NCBI RefSeq assembly: GCF_001194135.2
Contig: NC_068981.1
Span: 59,229,228-59,267,590 of the forward strand
DNA: 38,363 nucleotides
Direction of reading: 5' to 3'
From: Octopus bimaculoides
Taxonomy: Eukaryota
Within the stretch, counting starts at the first letter, position 1. Each line of letters opens with the position of its first letter. The notes under the pieces are model-generated. The model was not told where the DNA came from. It saw nothing but the letters and a program-made list of their open reading frames with translations, and made no database searches. Position numbers and translations under genes: made by a program. Positions 24,626 to 36,701 of this stretch are shown in pieces.

Positions 24626-26678
24626 AAATCAGCATAAGACTTAACAGTTTGAAAGTTCTCGAAATACCAGCAAAATTTTTACTGACTAATTACATTAATA
24701 TTAAATTCTTTCAGTCCTGTACGGTAGCTTTTATTCGTGATTTAGGAACCAGTACTCGTTTCTAATTTGGTTGTAGGCAGATGATCATCAACAATAATTC
24801 TTTGATAAGTTTTCATACCCCAAATAATGTGCAAATCAACGTAGGAACTCCAGCACCTTTTCTCGTTCAATTAACTAACATAAAACTACCATAGTCTGTT
24901 CTTAAACACCAGCTGCTTGGTTTCAGTTTCTTACAAGAATCGTCTCTATTCGCAACACTAAAACATATTTTGATCTAATTTTAATCAACTTAACAATCTT
25001 GAAGTTGTCACTGAGTAGACAAATAAACGTTAATTACACAGCTTATAACGCAATCCATTATCTATATATAGATAAACAGAGGTATAATTAGAGATAAAGT
25101 GAAATAGAATATCCATACCCAGGTCGAAGACGTATGATAAAACACTGATATATAACTACATCAGTTTTCAATAGTAGATATGTAACAAATTCAATAAGAA
25201 ACAAAAATGAATATAATAAAGTATTGTATTTTAAATGGCTAAAATTAATCCCTCTCAATACAATAATTTTAGTCCCAGCACACAATATAAAATAGAATCT
25301 CAACAAATGAAACTCATAAATACACTCAGTATAGTTGCAAAGATTGTTTAGGAACCAAATTTATCTTTTCATTTGACAGCACATAATAAAATAACAAGAA
25401 CGATCGTTAATTGGTCCACTGCATTTTTGATTCTTCTGAATTCTTTCTTATATGCTCACCACGAATTTATGACAATTTGCTGATCATAAATACTCTAATC
25501 TTCCCAATTAGTCTAAGTAATATTTATGACATCAGATTAACGTGTACATGGTGTATATTTATATATAGCAAATACACGATAAATGATTTTAGCATTCAAC
25601 TGTAGAGATAACTGTGTTCGAACGACGGTGCGACTATGACAGAGTTTATAGCTTTGAAAAAAGTTCCATCAAAATGTTTTGTTCTAAAACTATTTGTATG
25701 AAAATGAACTTATCTAACCTCTGCTGAAAAGAGACATGTAATGCTAACGTTGACTGTGATTGACTGTAAATGTTTAGCATACACGCAAACCAGCAAAATA
25801 GCTTTCTTAGAAATAAATTATGTTATATAATACTCTACTACAATGACGACTAAACCATACGTTGGATGTATTGAAGAGAGAGACAGTTTTAAAGCTACAT
25901 AAGAAAACCATCCCAGATATTTAAGACGAAAAAGATAAAAATGTTATTCAATGGGAAAATATTGGTTAAATAAGGACAACAATCAGGTGTGAAAACAATA
26001 TAATTTTGCCTGTGGGAAAATATTTTGAAACAAAACGATAACGACATTCGAAAACAGACAGTCGAGAAAACTTGAACAGAAGTTAATTGCACTCAAGATT
26101 GAGTTAAGAGGTAAAATAAAAGAAACATCTTCCTTAGAAATAACTGTCTGCAAGAAAATGTAATGAACGCTGATATATATAATCTTAAATGGTTCTGCAG
26201 TGACATCGAGAGGGCAATCAATAGGAAATTTGAGAAGCTATTTCTCAATTTAACGTGTTAGAGCTAATTTTTTAGTCGGTTTAACACCACCATTTGTAGT
26301 GTGCAGTTAAGCGGTGTCCACTGTGTTGCAAATACATGAACGAGGTACCCGGTCTTAGGATGTCTCGATATCTTGATTGATTGCTTCACTATACAGTAAC
26401 CCATGAATCGGCTTCTTCCCTTTTCTCTCACCAGTCTCAGCGACCATAAGAAAGGACATGGATATTTGCTTTACACTTCTCAATAAGCTCTTTAGAAAGG
26501 TTGACATAAAAACGGAAAGAATTTAATCAAAATGAATAAACGGAATCAGCAGCTCAGTACAACATACCAACATTATAACTATACTTAAGATGCGAAATAC
26601 TGTATTTATAGTGGTATTTGAAATGAATATTTACAGAAGAGATGTACTGGCATATATTAAAAAAAATATGGTGTACTG

Positions 26679-26679
<1 letters not shown>

Positions 26680-26723
<44 letters not shown>

Positions 26724-26780
26724 NNNNNNNNNNATATATATATATATATATATATATATCTATATATATATATATATATT
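26680..26780. repeat. (TA)n microsatellite with a 10-N gap (26724-26733)
   Basis: Directly visible. Confidence 0.95.
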
Positions 26781-27243
26781 ATAAACTAGGTATTGACAAG
26801 TGAAGCAAGAAGACTTGAACTTTAAAAAATCGATATATGAAGCTAGTTTTATAAAGAAACATAAAATTGTTAATGAAAGGCAAAGTATTCACATGAATAA
26901 GAATTTTATGATAGACTATTGTATAAATATGTCTCTATACAATCCCTCAGAAATTTCTGTAGCGCTATTGCGAAATCAACAATGTACTTAAATATTAGAA
27001 ACAAATTAAGAAAAATAAAACAATTGGAAATTAAATAGTTTGAGGCAAGTTTGCTACTGGGCTAGCTGTAAAGGAGACAGCTAATGTATTGGTTTAAAGT
27101 GAGAATCGAAACTAGCTACTGCTCACCGGGGTCTATCTCTTATTGAACAGCACTCAATAGAGATGTTCGTCAGACACTGGCTTTCATATAAAAAAAAAAA
27201 ATTAAATTAAATGTTTTTCTTTCATATATTTAGAACGCCAAAT

Positions 27244-27468
27244 AGGGCGGCAAGCTAGCAGAATCGTTGGGCACGATGGGCGAAATGATTTGCGGAATTT
27301 CGTCTGCCGTTACGTTCTGAGTTCAAATTCCGCCGAAGTCGACTTTGTCTTTCATCCTTTCGGGGTCGATTAAATAAGTACCAGTTACGTACTGAGGGCG
27401 ATGTGATCGACTTAATCCTTGTTTGTTCCCTCTATGTTTAGCCCCCTGTGGGAAATAAAGTAATATGT
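27244..27468 (+). mobile_element. Full-length SINE, family 1, with a 20-bp target-site duplication (27224-27243 and 27843-27862)
   Basis: A box TAGCAGAATCGTTGG, B box GAGTTCAAATTCC; the 20-mer ATATATTTAGAACGCCAAAT is identical at both sites. Confidence 0.9.
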
Positions 27469-27837
27469 GGATCTTTTCCTTTTCATGGGCAGTTCGATTA
27501 ATTAATTTTCTTAAACTAAACACTTTGAAACTTCGTATACTGGTAGAATGCATCATATAGAACATTTTTTACTCTTTGCGTTGTTGAGAAAAGTTTCTAT
27601 TTACGAAGTTATTTCGTGTTAAAGTTGTCGTATTTCGGTAATTTCAACCAATCAATGACGTGTATTTAGCTGAATAGAATTACTGCTATTGTTTGTCAAC
27701 AACAACTATCGAAATAACTTCTTAGATAGAAACTTTTCTCAACAACGCTAAGAGTAAAAGATGTGCTGTATGACACATTCAAAGTTTCAAAGTGTTTAGT
27801 TTAATTAATCGAGCTGCCCATGAAAAGGAAAAGATCC
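27469..27837. mobile_element. Foldback MITE with ~130-150 bp terminal inverted repeats and a probable 9-bp TSD (Mutator/Foldback-like)
   Basis: Left arm 27469-27616 is the reverse complement of right arm 27710-27837 (GGATCTTTTCCTTTTCATGGGCAG ... GAAGTTATTTCG); flanks are GTAATATGT and GTAATATAT. Confidence 0.88.
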
Positions 27838-28019
27838 GTAATATATATTTAGAACGCCAAATTGTATTTATTTGTATACGTATGGGCGTGTGTGTGCAAG
27901 TACGTGAGTCTAAGCGAGTATGAGCATGCGTTTCTTTTAGCCGAGAGGATCTATTATCCTGATAACGAACATTTGTAATATTTCTCATCATTTGTAATAT
28001 TTCTCATCGTACATGTAAG

Positions 28020-28210
28020 TTGGTGAGCCGACAGAATCGTTAGCACGCCGGGCAAAATACTTGACAGCATTTTGTCTGTTTTTACGTTTTGAGTTCAAAT
28101 TTCATTCTTTAGAGGTCGATGAAATAATTACCAGTTGAAAACTGAGGTGGATGTGGTCGACTTACTCCTCACCCGAAATTGCTGGCCTTGCGCTAAAATT
28201 TGAAATCAGC
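28020..28210 (+). mobile_element. SINE, family 1, with an internal deletion and a ~15-bp TSD
   Basis: GACAGAATCGTTAGCACGCCGGG ... GAGTTCAAATT; flanks ATTTCTCATCGTACA and ATTTCTCATCATACA. Confidence 0.85.
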
Positions 28211-28296
28211 ATTTCTCATCATACAAAGCACTATAGATTCTTATATAGGTACAACGATGATTCTCACTCACATATATATGAGGTTGTGTGAAGCTA

Positions 28297-28333
<37 letters not shown>

Positions 28334-30639
28334 TCACATACTCATACATATGTAATGTTTATACATATGTGTGTGAGTAAGTATATATATATATACATAT
28401 GTATAAAAATACATATATACATAAGTTTCATTCCGTTCAGGAATATTTTTCGATGTTTTTCTTGTGGCATAATATTTAAAATAGTTTCCAAATATAAAAA
28501 TTCATCATATTCTTCAAAGTATTAGATGTTAATATTTAATTTTAACCAAATAGAAAATAAAGAAAAATAAATGAAACTAATCCTAACTATTGCTAAACAT
28601 AAAAGAATAACAGTTTGATGTATCAAAACCATGGATTAAATTTTTTCGTTTTATGCTTTGTCTGACAGTTATCTTTAGATAAAAAAATATAATAAACTAG
28701 AAAAATAAAATATCTCCAACGTATCTCACTAATCCGTTTCTGATTTCAATACTGTGAATAATTAAATGTTTTGATACCAATAATATTGCATAGAATACAC
28801 TTTGTTAATGGAACATTTTGAAATAAAACAGTAAAGGAATAAACTCATTGCCTCCGAGGCCATGGTTTGTCTGATACTGTCTGATGCAGAATGCTAAACA
28901 GAACCGAATGCTGTTAGAATTGAAATGGAAATTTTGAGAAGGGAAATGAATTAATTTTATAGTTTGTTCATTTTCTCATATGTCAATCATCCTCAAGGAC
29001 ATCGTGACCGTCAAAGTTTATATAGTGGGTTTGATGAACATGGCAAAATTTAAGTTTCATTTCATAATGCTGAAATAGTTTATACTAGAAGGAAGGAAGT
29101 AAATAACAAATTGACTTCGCGTGAATAATGATCAGCCTAAAAGAGAGCAAGTAGTGTATAAGGAGGCTTAAGTCCATATTTTCGAGGAAAGGCATAATGT
29201 TCAAACGGCTTGGATTTGATGGCCTCATAAAAATATATATGGTGTCATTTACCTTTAAATGGAGATCTGCATTTATCTAAGTGCTGTGTTTACCGTAGGA
29301 CAGTAAATCCTTGAATATCATGTTACTTTATGACAATTTAGAATATTTAGCAGCAATAAAAATAATCAAATGTAATATCAAAGTTTCCTGATTGATTTTG
29401 AAATCTGTTTACGAAACTTTAAGAAAGAAGGAAGCTTGGTAACACTCCTGAGTATTTATATCAATAAATTATTGTTAAATAATTGTTATATAGTTATCCT
29501 CTTTTAGTTTTTAAATTCAAATTCAGACGGTGTGTAGACCGACATATAAATGTACCATTGAAAAACTAAAGTCTATTTAATCTAATGAAATTTGGAAATC
29601 AGTATTTCAGTTGATATGTGAAGTTTTTCAATTATAATAAGTTGTTTACATACTGAATAGCATTAATGCATGAATGAATATGCGTGTGTTTGTGCGACTG
29701 TATGTTTATGCCTATCTTGTGTACAACTATACTGAGCGATGTCTTGATATGTTAATATTTGAGAAGATCTTTTGATTATCTTTAGCATAATTATTAATCT
29801 GCTGTAGCTAGAAATTGTCCTTAGGATAAATTATGTATGAGCAGTTCTTAAGTCGCAGGGTGTCCTAGTAGGGCATCTTAGTAAGCTGATTATTTATTGT
29901 TAATTTCCCTCAACTTTTATTATTCCAAAGAATTATGTAACAGAGCATGATATACTTCCCACAAATACTAAAGATGGGTGAAATATCAGGCTTCCTAAAG
30001 AAGAGCAATGTTTAGTACTAAGTTGCAGGGTTCCATTTTAAGCTGCTTATTTTTGTCGTTCATTTCATTTTATTTTTACCCTATTAAATTAGGATGAATC
30101 CAGAGAATTGTTAACATAGCAAATTATTCTCGCAACAAACGCTGAAAATGTGAAATCATGCTAGAATAGTGTTCTGCAAATTATCCAGTTGAACCACCCA
30201 TCGACTGAATGCACACTTGTCCCAGCAAAAATAATGGAACTAAAATCAACCACAGCTAGAAAGACATCAAAGCAACCCTTCTAAGATGCAACAATCCCGC
30301 ACACTCATAAGCACAGAAAAATGAACAAAAACAATATCAATCAAAACGTTAGTGCACACCATCAAACAGCAGGAACAGGATTTCATGTCGATACTATGAC
30401 TGATGTTCAAGCAGGCTGGATAGGTATGCACAGGAGAACCAGTTCGCCTCATTGCAGAAAACTTTTGTGTTGTGACCAGGTATCTCGAATCGGTGACTAA
30501 GAAAAGGTGTACAGAAATTAAGACAAGACGGATCGATATGCTATATTCTGGAATGTGTTGTCTGATGTTCAAATAAGCAAGCAGAAATTGATGGATATTC
30601 TATCGAATAACAATACAGGCGATATCGTGTAAAGACGAT

Positions 30640-31590
30640 AATGTAACATACTGTTACATTTCCTCCTATGACTAGAGTTCATACCATTGATGATTATTGT
30701 AGTTTCATAATGTTTGAGTGTGTCTTCCGTTATGCCTTTCTATCATAGCGAGTCTATCATATAGACAGTACTGCAGAACTAGAGATGAGGCTAGATTATT
30801 ACCAAAGTGATCGCAGAACCTGCAGTTCAGATGTACACCAATTTTTTAATATATTCATCTCGATAGTTTCTGATAAAGAAACTCAAGTCTTGTGCTGCTG
30901 ATATAATCCACCAGTCTCTGCTTTTAGCCCAGAAATTTTCAGTCACTGATGGATTATTCTCTGATTTCCATCAAAATCTTTGTTTCAGAGTCCTTACTGT
31001 CCGCATAGATTTTTTTTTTAGCCTTGCTTTTATGCTATGTACTTGGTGCTATGTGCTAACTGTCAGAGTTTTCCTATTGACCTATTGAAAATATCCGGCA
31101 CTTTTGTGGTAAATGTATCCATTTCCAAAATCCCCAAGTACTTATAGCCCGTCTCTTCTATCTGCTTCATAACCTCCCCCGACGGTATCGTCAGTCTGTC
31201 CATACATTTGTTTTTCCCCTCTTCAATACCAACACACCACACTTTCTCAGTCCGAACGTCATTGTGATATCAGCACTGAAGGTATACATCGTATCAACGA
31301 GGGAACTGACTTGGGCTTTATCTTTACCATGAATAACAAATGGTCGACTTTTTGTTGGCGGCTTTTGAATACATGCCAAGCTTTTGCTTTCCTCAGAATC
31401 AGTGTTAGTGGTATCAAGCACAGTACAAAGATAAGTGGGGACAGGTAGTCCCCTTGGAAGATGCCCCTCCTAATTTCTACTGTCCCTAAACTTTTTCCTT
31501 ATGCTGTCAGGTCCGTCCTTCAATTCGCCATACTTTTTCCAAGCAATCGCTCAACATTCGATGCAATCTCAAACAGGTTCATACACTCCA
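30640..31590 (-). mobile_element. 5'-truncated, internally deleted R4/Dong-like LINE (RT core plus C-terminal knuckle region)
   Basis: RRGIFQGDYLSPLIFVLC, KAQVSSLVDTMYTFS...GYKYLGILEMD, then IHQ*LKISGLKAETGGL/ISAAQD...CRFC and QWYE; near-identical in places to 105-372 and 911-1130. Confidence 0.88.

Positions 31591-31672
<82 letters not shown>
31591..31672. repeat. (TAT)n, the (AAT)n tail of the element at 31673-32990
   Basis: Directly visible. Confidence 0.95.
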
Positions 31673-32990
31673 GAGTGAGAGAGCAAGGCATGCCATCACA
31701 ATGACACTGGGGTAAAATATACGAAGCCCAATATACCCATCATGACTATAAGTCTGATAAGGGTACACCGGACACATGCATCACAACCAAATGTGCGTGA
31801 CATGGCGATCTCATATCAAGATAAACAGTGCATGACCTCGCAGGTGGGGCCCAGTTAAGATTTTCTTCAGGTCGAATAGCCCATCCTGTTCAAATGATCC
31901 TTGAATAAGGATTGTTTAAGAATGTTGAACGAAACACCTATATTTCCAGAGATGAATTATTCCATCTCCAAAGGAATCCTCTCAACACATGATGGTCCCT
32001 TACTACTTCTGCACGTGATCAGACATGCACATATCATCATCCACCAAAGGAATGCTCAACTGGTTAAGGTCAAACACCTGACAAGAAAATATGTTTTATT
32101 GAGCATATTTGCTGTAGCCCATCTTTTATACCAAAACAAAACATGTACACGATAACACTTTCAATCAGTTAAGATCAGAATCCATGAGAGCCATTGCCTG
32201 GTACTACTCAGAGCGCTCGGTCTTGTTTTCTCTGGTTGATTATGTGAGAGCGGAGAGCAGCCTGTTGTCAGAGGTCTCACAGGGTCTCTTTCTGCATATT
32301 ATAAGCTTTGATACTTGGTAGTTAATTATCGTGGGAGGCATTCAACATCCAAGTACTATCTCAAAATTCTAGCTGTCCCCAGCGGAGCACAGTTTTGGGC
32401 TTGCTCTACTCTCATGTCAATTCCAATTTCTTTGAGGTATTTCTCGAACTTGGTTGTTAGTGTTCCGAGTGCTCCTACGACTACTGGAATGCCGGACACT
32501 CTCATCATAGTTCACACTCTTGCTATTTTGTTTTTTATAGTCTGTACTTTTCAATCTTTTCTAGTCCTTTGTCACTTATGCGTGCATCCCCAGATATTGC
32601 AATATCTATAATCTTGGTTTTCTTTCCCCCTTTATATATCATCATATCTCCATTGATCATACATACGTTGTCGGTATCCCCTAATATGAACACTATTTTC
32701 GTCTACAGGGTTTCTCAGGTAGTAACACTCCATGACCACAGCATTAATTTGTTTGTTCCATCTACACCGTGCGTGCTGGTCCCTTGCTAGATAACGACAG
32801 GCTGGAGCCTACCGGGTGCAACACTGTCACCATCAAGAGCTTTAGTTTCATTACCACCGTTACTTATAATATTTTGTTTTTTCATTGTTACTCGTATGAG
32901 GTAGCGTTTATCAGGTTGCGCAATTACCAGTGTTTTTATCGTGACACCATCATTAGATGTATCATCAATCAGGACATGGGGAGATTCCAA
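31673..32990 (-). mobile_element. Internally deleted (RT-less) R4/Dong derivative: N-terminal ORF region fused to RLE, followed by a ~660-bp UTR (type iii)
   Basis: RCRWNKQINAVVMECYYLRNPVDENSVHIRGYRQRMYDQW joins at ~32650 to DMMIYKGGKKTKIIDIAISGDARISDKGLEKIEKY...IPVVVGALG...LGTARILR. The 5' boundary is approximate. Confidence 0.8.
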
Positions 32991-33179
32991 CCGCTTCCTT
33001 TTATTATCATTATTATCGTCACTGATATTATTATTTTCATTGCTTTTACTATTTGTCATTGTTAATATTTCCTTTGATCCGACATTAGTTTTGGCGAAAT
33101 TATTAGTATTATTATTGTTTTTTTTCTTGTTTCTTCAAATTTTCTCCCATTTCTCGCCGAGTGTTTTCCGTACACCTAG

Positions 33180-33640
33180 GGCAGAGAAGCTCATTGTATG
33201 CATTCCCAGTTTACACACGCAAATTCACAGGTAAAATATGTATTTTCCAGAAAGCTATATACTTCATCTTCTTTGGGGTCAGTTAAAAGTTTTCAGAGTT
33301 CAGGTAAAACAGTATAGGTCTACAATTGCTGACTTCCCCTTTCATTTCTTTGTCCTTTCGCATCAACTGCCTCCTTCGTCACCCATGTTGGTGTTCCATT
33401 TTCTTTGCAGTCAGAATACCTGTCGTATATAACTGTATATACTTGGAATATTTTTGAGTGAGAAAACCTGGATACCATCTTGTGCAGAGTATTTCCAATT
33501 TGGTATTCTTTGATTATCGCTTTTTCATTCTTATCTATGATTGCTATATTTTCTTTTATATTTTCTTGTGTTATTCTATCTTCCGTTTCTCTTTTAAATT
33601 CCCGGAACAAGTCTACTGTTATATTATGTTGGACTTCTGT
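33180..33640 (-). mobile_element. Older, heavily decayed R4/Dong RT N-terminal fragment
   Basis: Across frameshifts: RIPNWKYSAQDGIQVFSLKN, ENGTPTWVTK, KDKEMKGEVSNCRPI, EVYSFLEN. Confidence 0.55.
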
Positions 33641-34520
33641 TCCCCTCTCTTGACTAACATTACACATTTATATATGCCTAATTCCATGCCTATATCTTTG
33701 TCGAAAAGTCTTACAATCTGTATTAAGGAATCTATCTCTTTTTCATTCTTACTAAAAAGCTTCAGCTCATTCATGTAGAGAAAAATGGTTAATTTCTCCC
33801 TTACTATTTCTGAACTGATACCCTGCCTTTGTCTTCTGTAATACTAAACTGAAGGGGATCAAAATAAGACAAATATTAAAGGGGACAACGAGTTCACCTG
33901 GAATATTCCTCTTTTGATATTAACTTTCCCTAAGAGTGTGTCACCTGAATAGAGATCTACGTTCTATTTTTTCATGCTAAAGCTAATTAATTCTCTTATG
34001 TTTTTTGCTATACTGAATATACTCAAACATTTACTTATCCATGAGTTTGGGATCATGTCATAGGCTTACTTATAATTTATCCATGCTATTGTTACATTTT
34101 TCTTTCTAGCTGTTACTTCATTTAAAACTGTTTTTGTCTATATATAATAGATCATGCCTTTCACTAACCTTCTTCCTGCAACCTATCTGCTCTTCTGGTA
34201 TTAAATTCTGGTTGTCAAGGTGCCCGTAAATGCATTCTGAAAGCATTCCTGTTAAAAGCTTCCATACTGATGGTAAGCAAGTGATTGGTCTATAGTTGCT
34301 AGCTGTATTACTCATGCTCTTATCCTTCATAATAAGTATTGTTTTCCCTCTAGTCATCCAATCTGGTATTGTTCCTCCATTAAGGCAATCGTGAAGTTCT
34401 TCCCTCAGCCTCCCATGTAAACTACCGAATTTCTTTAGCCAGTACACTTGAACTAAATCTGGTCCTGGACCCTTCCAATTCGGCATTTTTCTTAACACTT
34501 TACTCATTAACGCACCAGTT
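33640..34520 (-). mobile_element. 5'-truncated R4/Dong RT fragment
   Basis: MPNWKGPGPDLVQVYWLKKF...NYRPITCLPSVWKLLTG...IPEEQIGC, AWINYK*AYDMIPNSWI, RGIFQVNSLSPL, LYMNELKLFSKNEKEIDSL...KCVMLVKRG. Confidence 0.9.
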
Positions 34521-34522
34521 GT

Positions 34523-34593
<71 letters not shown>

Positions 34594-34610
34594 TTAATAT
34601 TATTATTATT
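34523..34610. repeat. (TAC)n(TAT)n, the tail of the element at 34611-34975
   Basis: Directly visible. Confidence 0.95.
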
Positions 34611-34975
34611 GAGTGAGAGAGCAGTGCATATCAAAGTGACAGTGAAGTAAAATATACGAAGGCCAGTATACCATTCATGACTACAAATCTGATAAGGTTA
34701 TACCAGGCACATGCATCACAACCATGTGTGCGTGACATGGTGATCTCATATGACCTTGCAGGTGGGCTCCAGTTAGAATTTGCACATATTGTCAGCCACT
34801 AGAGTACATGCTCAACTGGTTAAGGTCAAGCGACTGATAAGCAAGTTTGTGGTATTGAGCAGTATATTTGCTGTAGCCCATCTTTTGTACCCAGACAAAA
34901 CAACATACATGATAAAACTTTCAATCAGTTAAGATCAGAAGCCATGAGAGCCAGTGTCTGGTACTGCATCAGAAC
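34611..34975 (-). mobile_element. Second copy of UTR type iii (5'-truncated, with internal deletions), bounded by (CAT)n at 34977-35015
   Basis: Homologous to 31673-32210 (GAGTGAGAGAGC...AATATACGAAG...CAACTGGTTAAGGTCAA...CAGTTAAGATCAGAA). Confidence 0.88.
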
Positions 34976-34978
34976 ATG

Positions 34979-35014
<36 letters not shown>

Positions 35015-35941
35015 TTAATAATATTATATTGTTATTTTATTAATATCATTGTCATTGGTGTTCTTGATGTTGATGTTGTCATCATCATCAATATTGTTTT
35101 AGTATCATCTATTATTCTGTAAAATTATTTTCTTTTAATTTTTAGTTTGCTTTAATGCTAAATTCAGAAATTTTAACTCTAGTTCAAACTTTAATCCGTA
35201 ACCCATTTATTGGTTTAAATTTTAAAACTCGTGTAATGAAGTTAATTTGAATTTACATTTGACTTTCAACAACTTTAACTTGACCTCATCTCATTTCAAC
35301 CTAACATCTCTCAATCTATCTCCATTTTATGTTCTAGCTAATTAGAGCTTTCTTATCCTGTACATCACAATATGATTACTACTGATATTTCTTCATCTTC
35401 TAATATAATTCCCTTGCTATGTTTGATAGCAACGATCACCAAATATTAAAGTCTTAGGTTGTCCATGTGTATAAATGGCCCATATCAAATTTTCACACAA
35501 CACCGATAAACAATGCCAGTATGGCAATTTGTGCTGACCTGACTACAAACACTAATGTTTTTTAATTGTTACTTTCCCAAATTTAGGTCATCCAATACCC
35601 CTGCTTCTATTCAGTGACTCCTTCCTCTATCATTTCCTTACTCCTCTTCACATCTTTGTAACCTGTCTTCCGCTTTTCTCTATGCTACTTGCATCTTTCC
35701 AGTTTTTCCTTCCTTCTCCCATGCACTCACTATTACATCAATGTTCTGCTTTGTTATAATCAGAAATGGCTCTGATGTAAGTAGCATTAATTTTTTTAGG
35801 TCGTTCAATTTTCTCAACTGACCAATAAACCAAATAGAGTTAACCTACCAGTAGTGTACCTATAATGACTACTGGAAACAATTGTAAGTCAAATTTGCTC
35901 CAATGAAGGAAAAATATGTTATGACCATTATTCTTAACTTG

Positions 35942-35942
<1 letters not shown>

Positions 35943-36014
<72 letters not shown>

Positions 36015-36050
36015 TGTGTGTGTGTATGCATGTATGTGTGTGTGTGTGTG
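35943..36050. repeat. (TA)n/(TG)n microsatellite
   Basis: Directly visible. Confidence 0.95.
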
Positions 36051-36185
36051 AAAAAATATATTTGTATGTGTTTATGTATGCATGCATGCAAATTCTAAGC
36101 AGTATAGTTTCCTTATTTCTGTATTATTTTCGCTTTAGATGAACTTTGATAAAAGATCGTTAGGAGAGTAATTTATCTTGTTTAC

Positions 36186-36318
36186 CTCGTCAAAACTGGT
36201 GCAGTAGAAAAATAGTGGGGTGAAAAGTGGTTTCATCGGAGAAGCAGTAACACCTGGTGTTATGTGTAACGATCCTATCTCTGGTATTTTGAAAGAAAAT
36301 TTACCAAAGCTAAGCTTT
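36186..36318 (-). CDS. Candidate 133-bp internal exon of an unknown protein
   Basis: Strong acceptor CTCACTTTATTCTTTTCAG and donor GAG|GTAAAC; only one open frame (KLSFGKFSFKIPEIG...FYCTSFDE). Confidence 0.25.
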
Positions 36319-36701
36319 CTGAAAAGAATAAAGTGAGAGAAATCTAATTCTGTAAATCGCGCGAAGATTGGCATCGTAGGAAATAATCATTGGAGTAAAA
36401 ATCTAAAACTATACTGCTTGTTTACATTATTTATGCGTTGCTCTCTCATGGTCGAATTGGAAAAGGAGTAAGGCCTAAATCTGTCTTGAATCCATTACAT
36501 CCCTCTTATATTATTAGAAGAACCAATCAAATTAAGCCATTGGGCTGTGGTTTAGTCAATAACGAATATGTAGTTTTTTCACCTTATTTCAAAATAATGC
36601 TCCCTTCATTAGATGCATGTTTTTCATGAAGGATATATATTTAAACAAAGTAAAAAAGTTTGCTGTTACAGACTCCAATTTATAGTTAAAATATTCATGA
36701 A

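Noticed and set aside
26790-26900. Possible Penelope GIY-YIG tail (KSIYEASFIKK)
   Set aside because: One short motif with no RT or other support.
29820-30060. Degenerate local repeats (TAAGTYGCAGGG ... TAAGCTG)
   Set aside because: Short and low-identity, with no definable unit or ends.
30270-30600. Possible plus-strand RTE remnant (ENFC...CTEIKTRRI)
   Set aside because: Motif spacing is inconsistent and the similarity is marginal.
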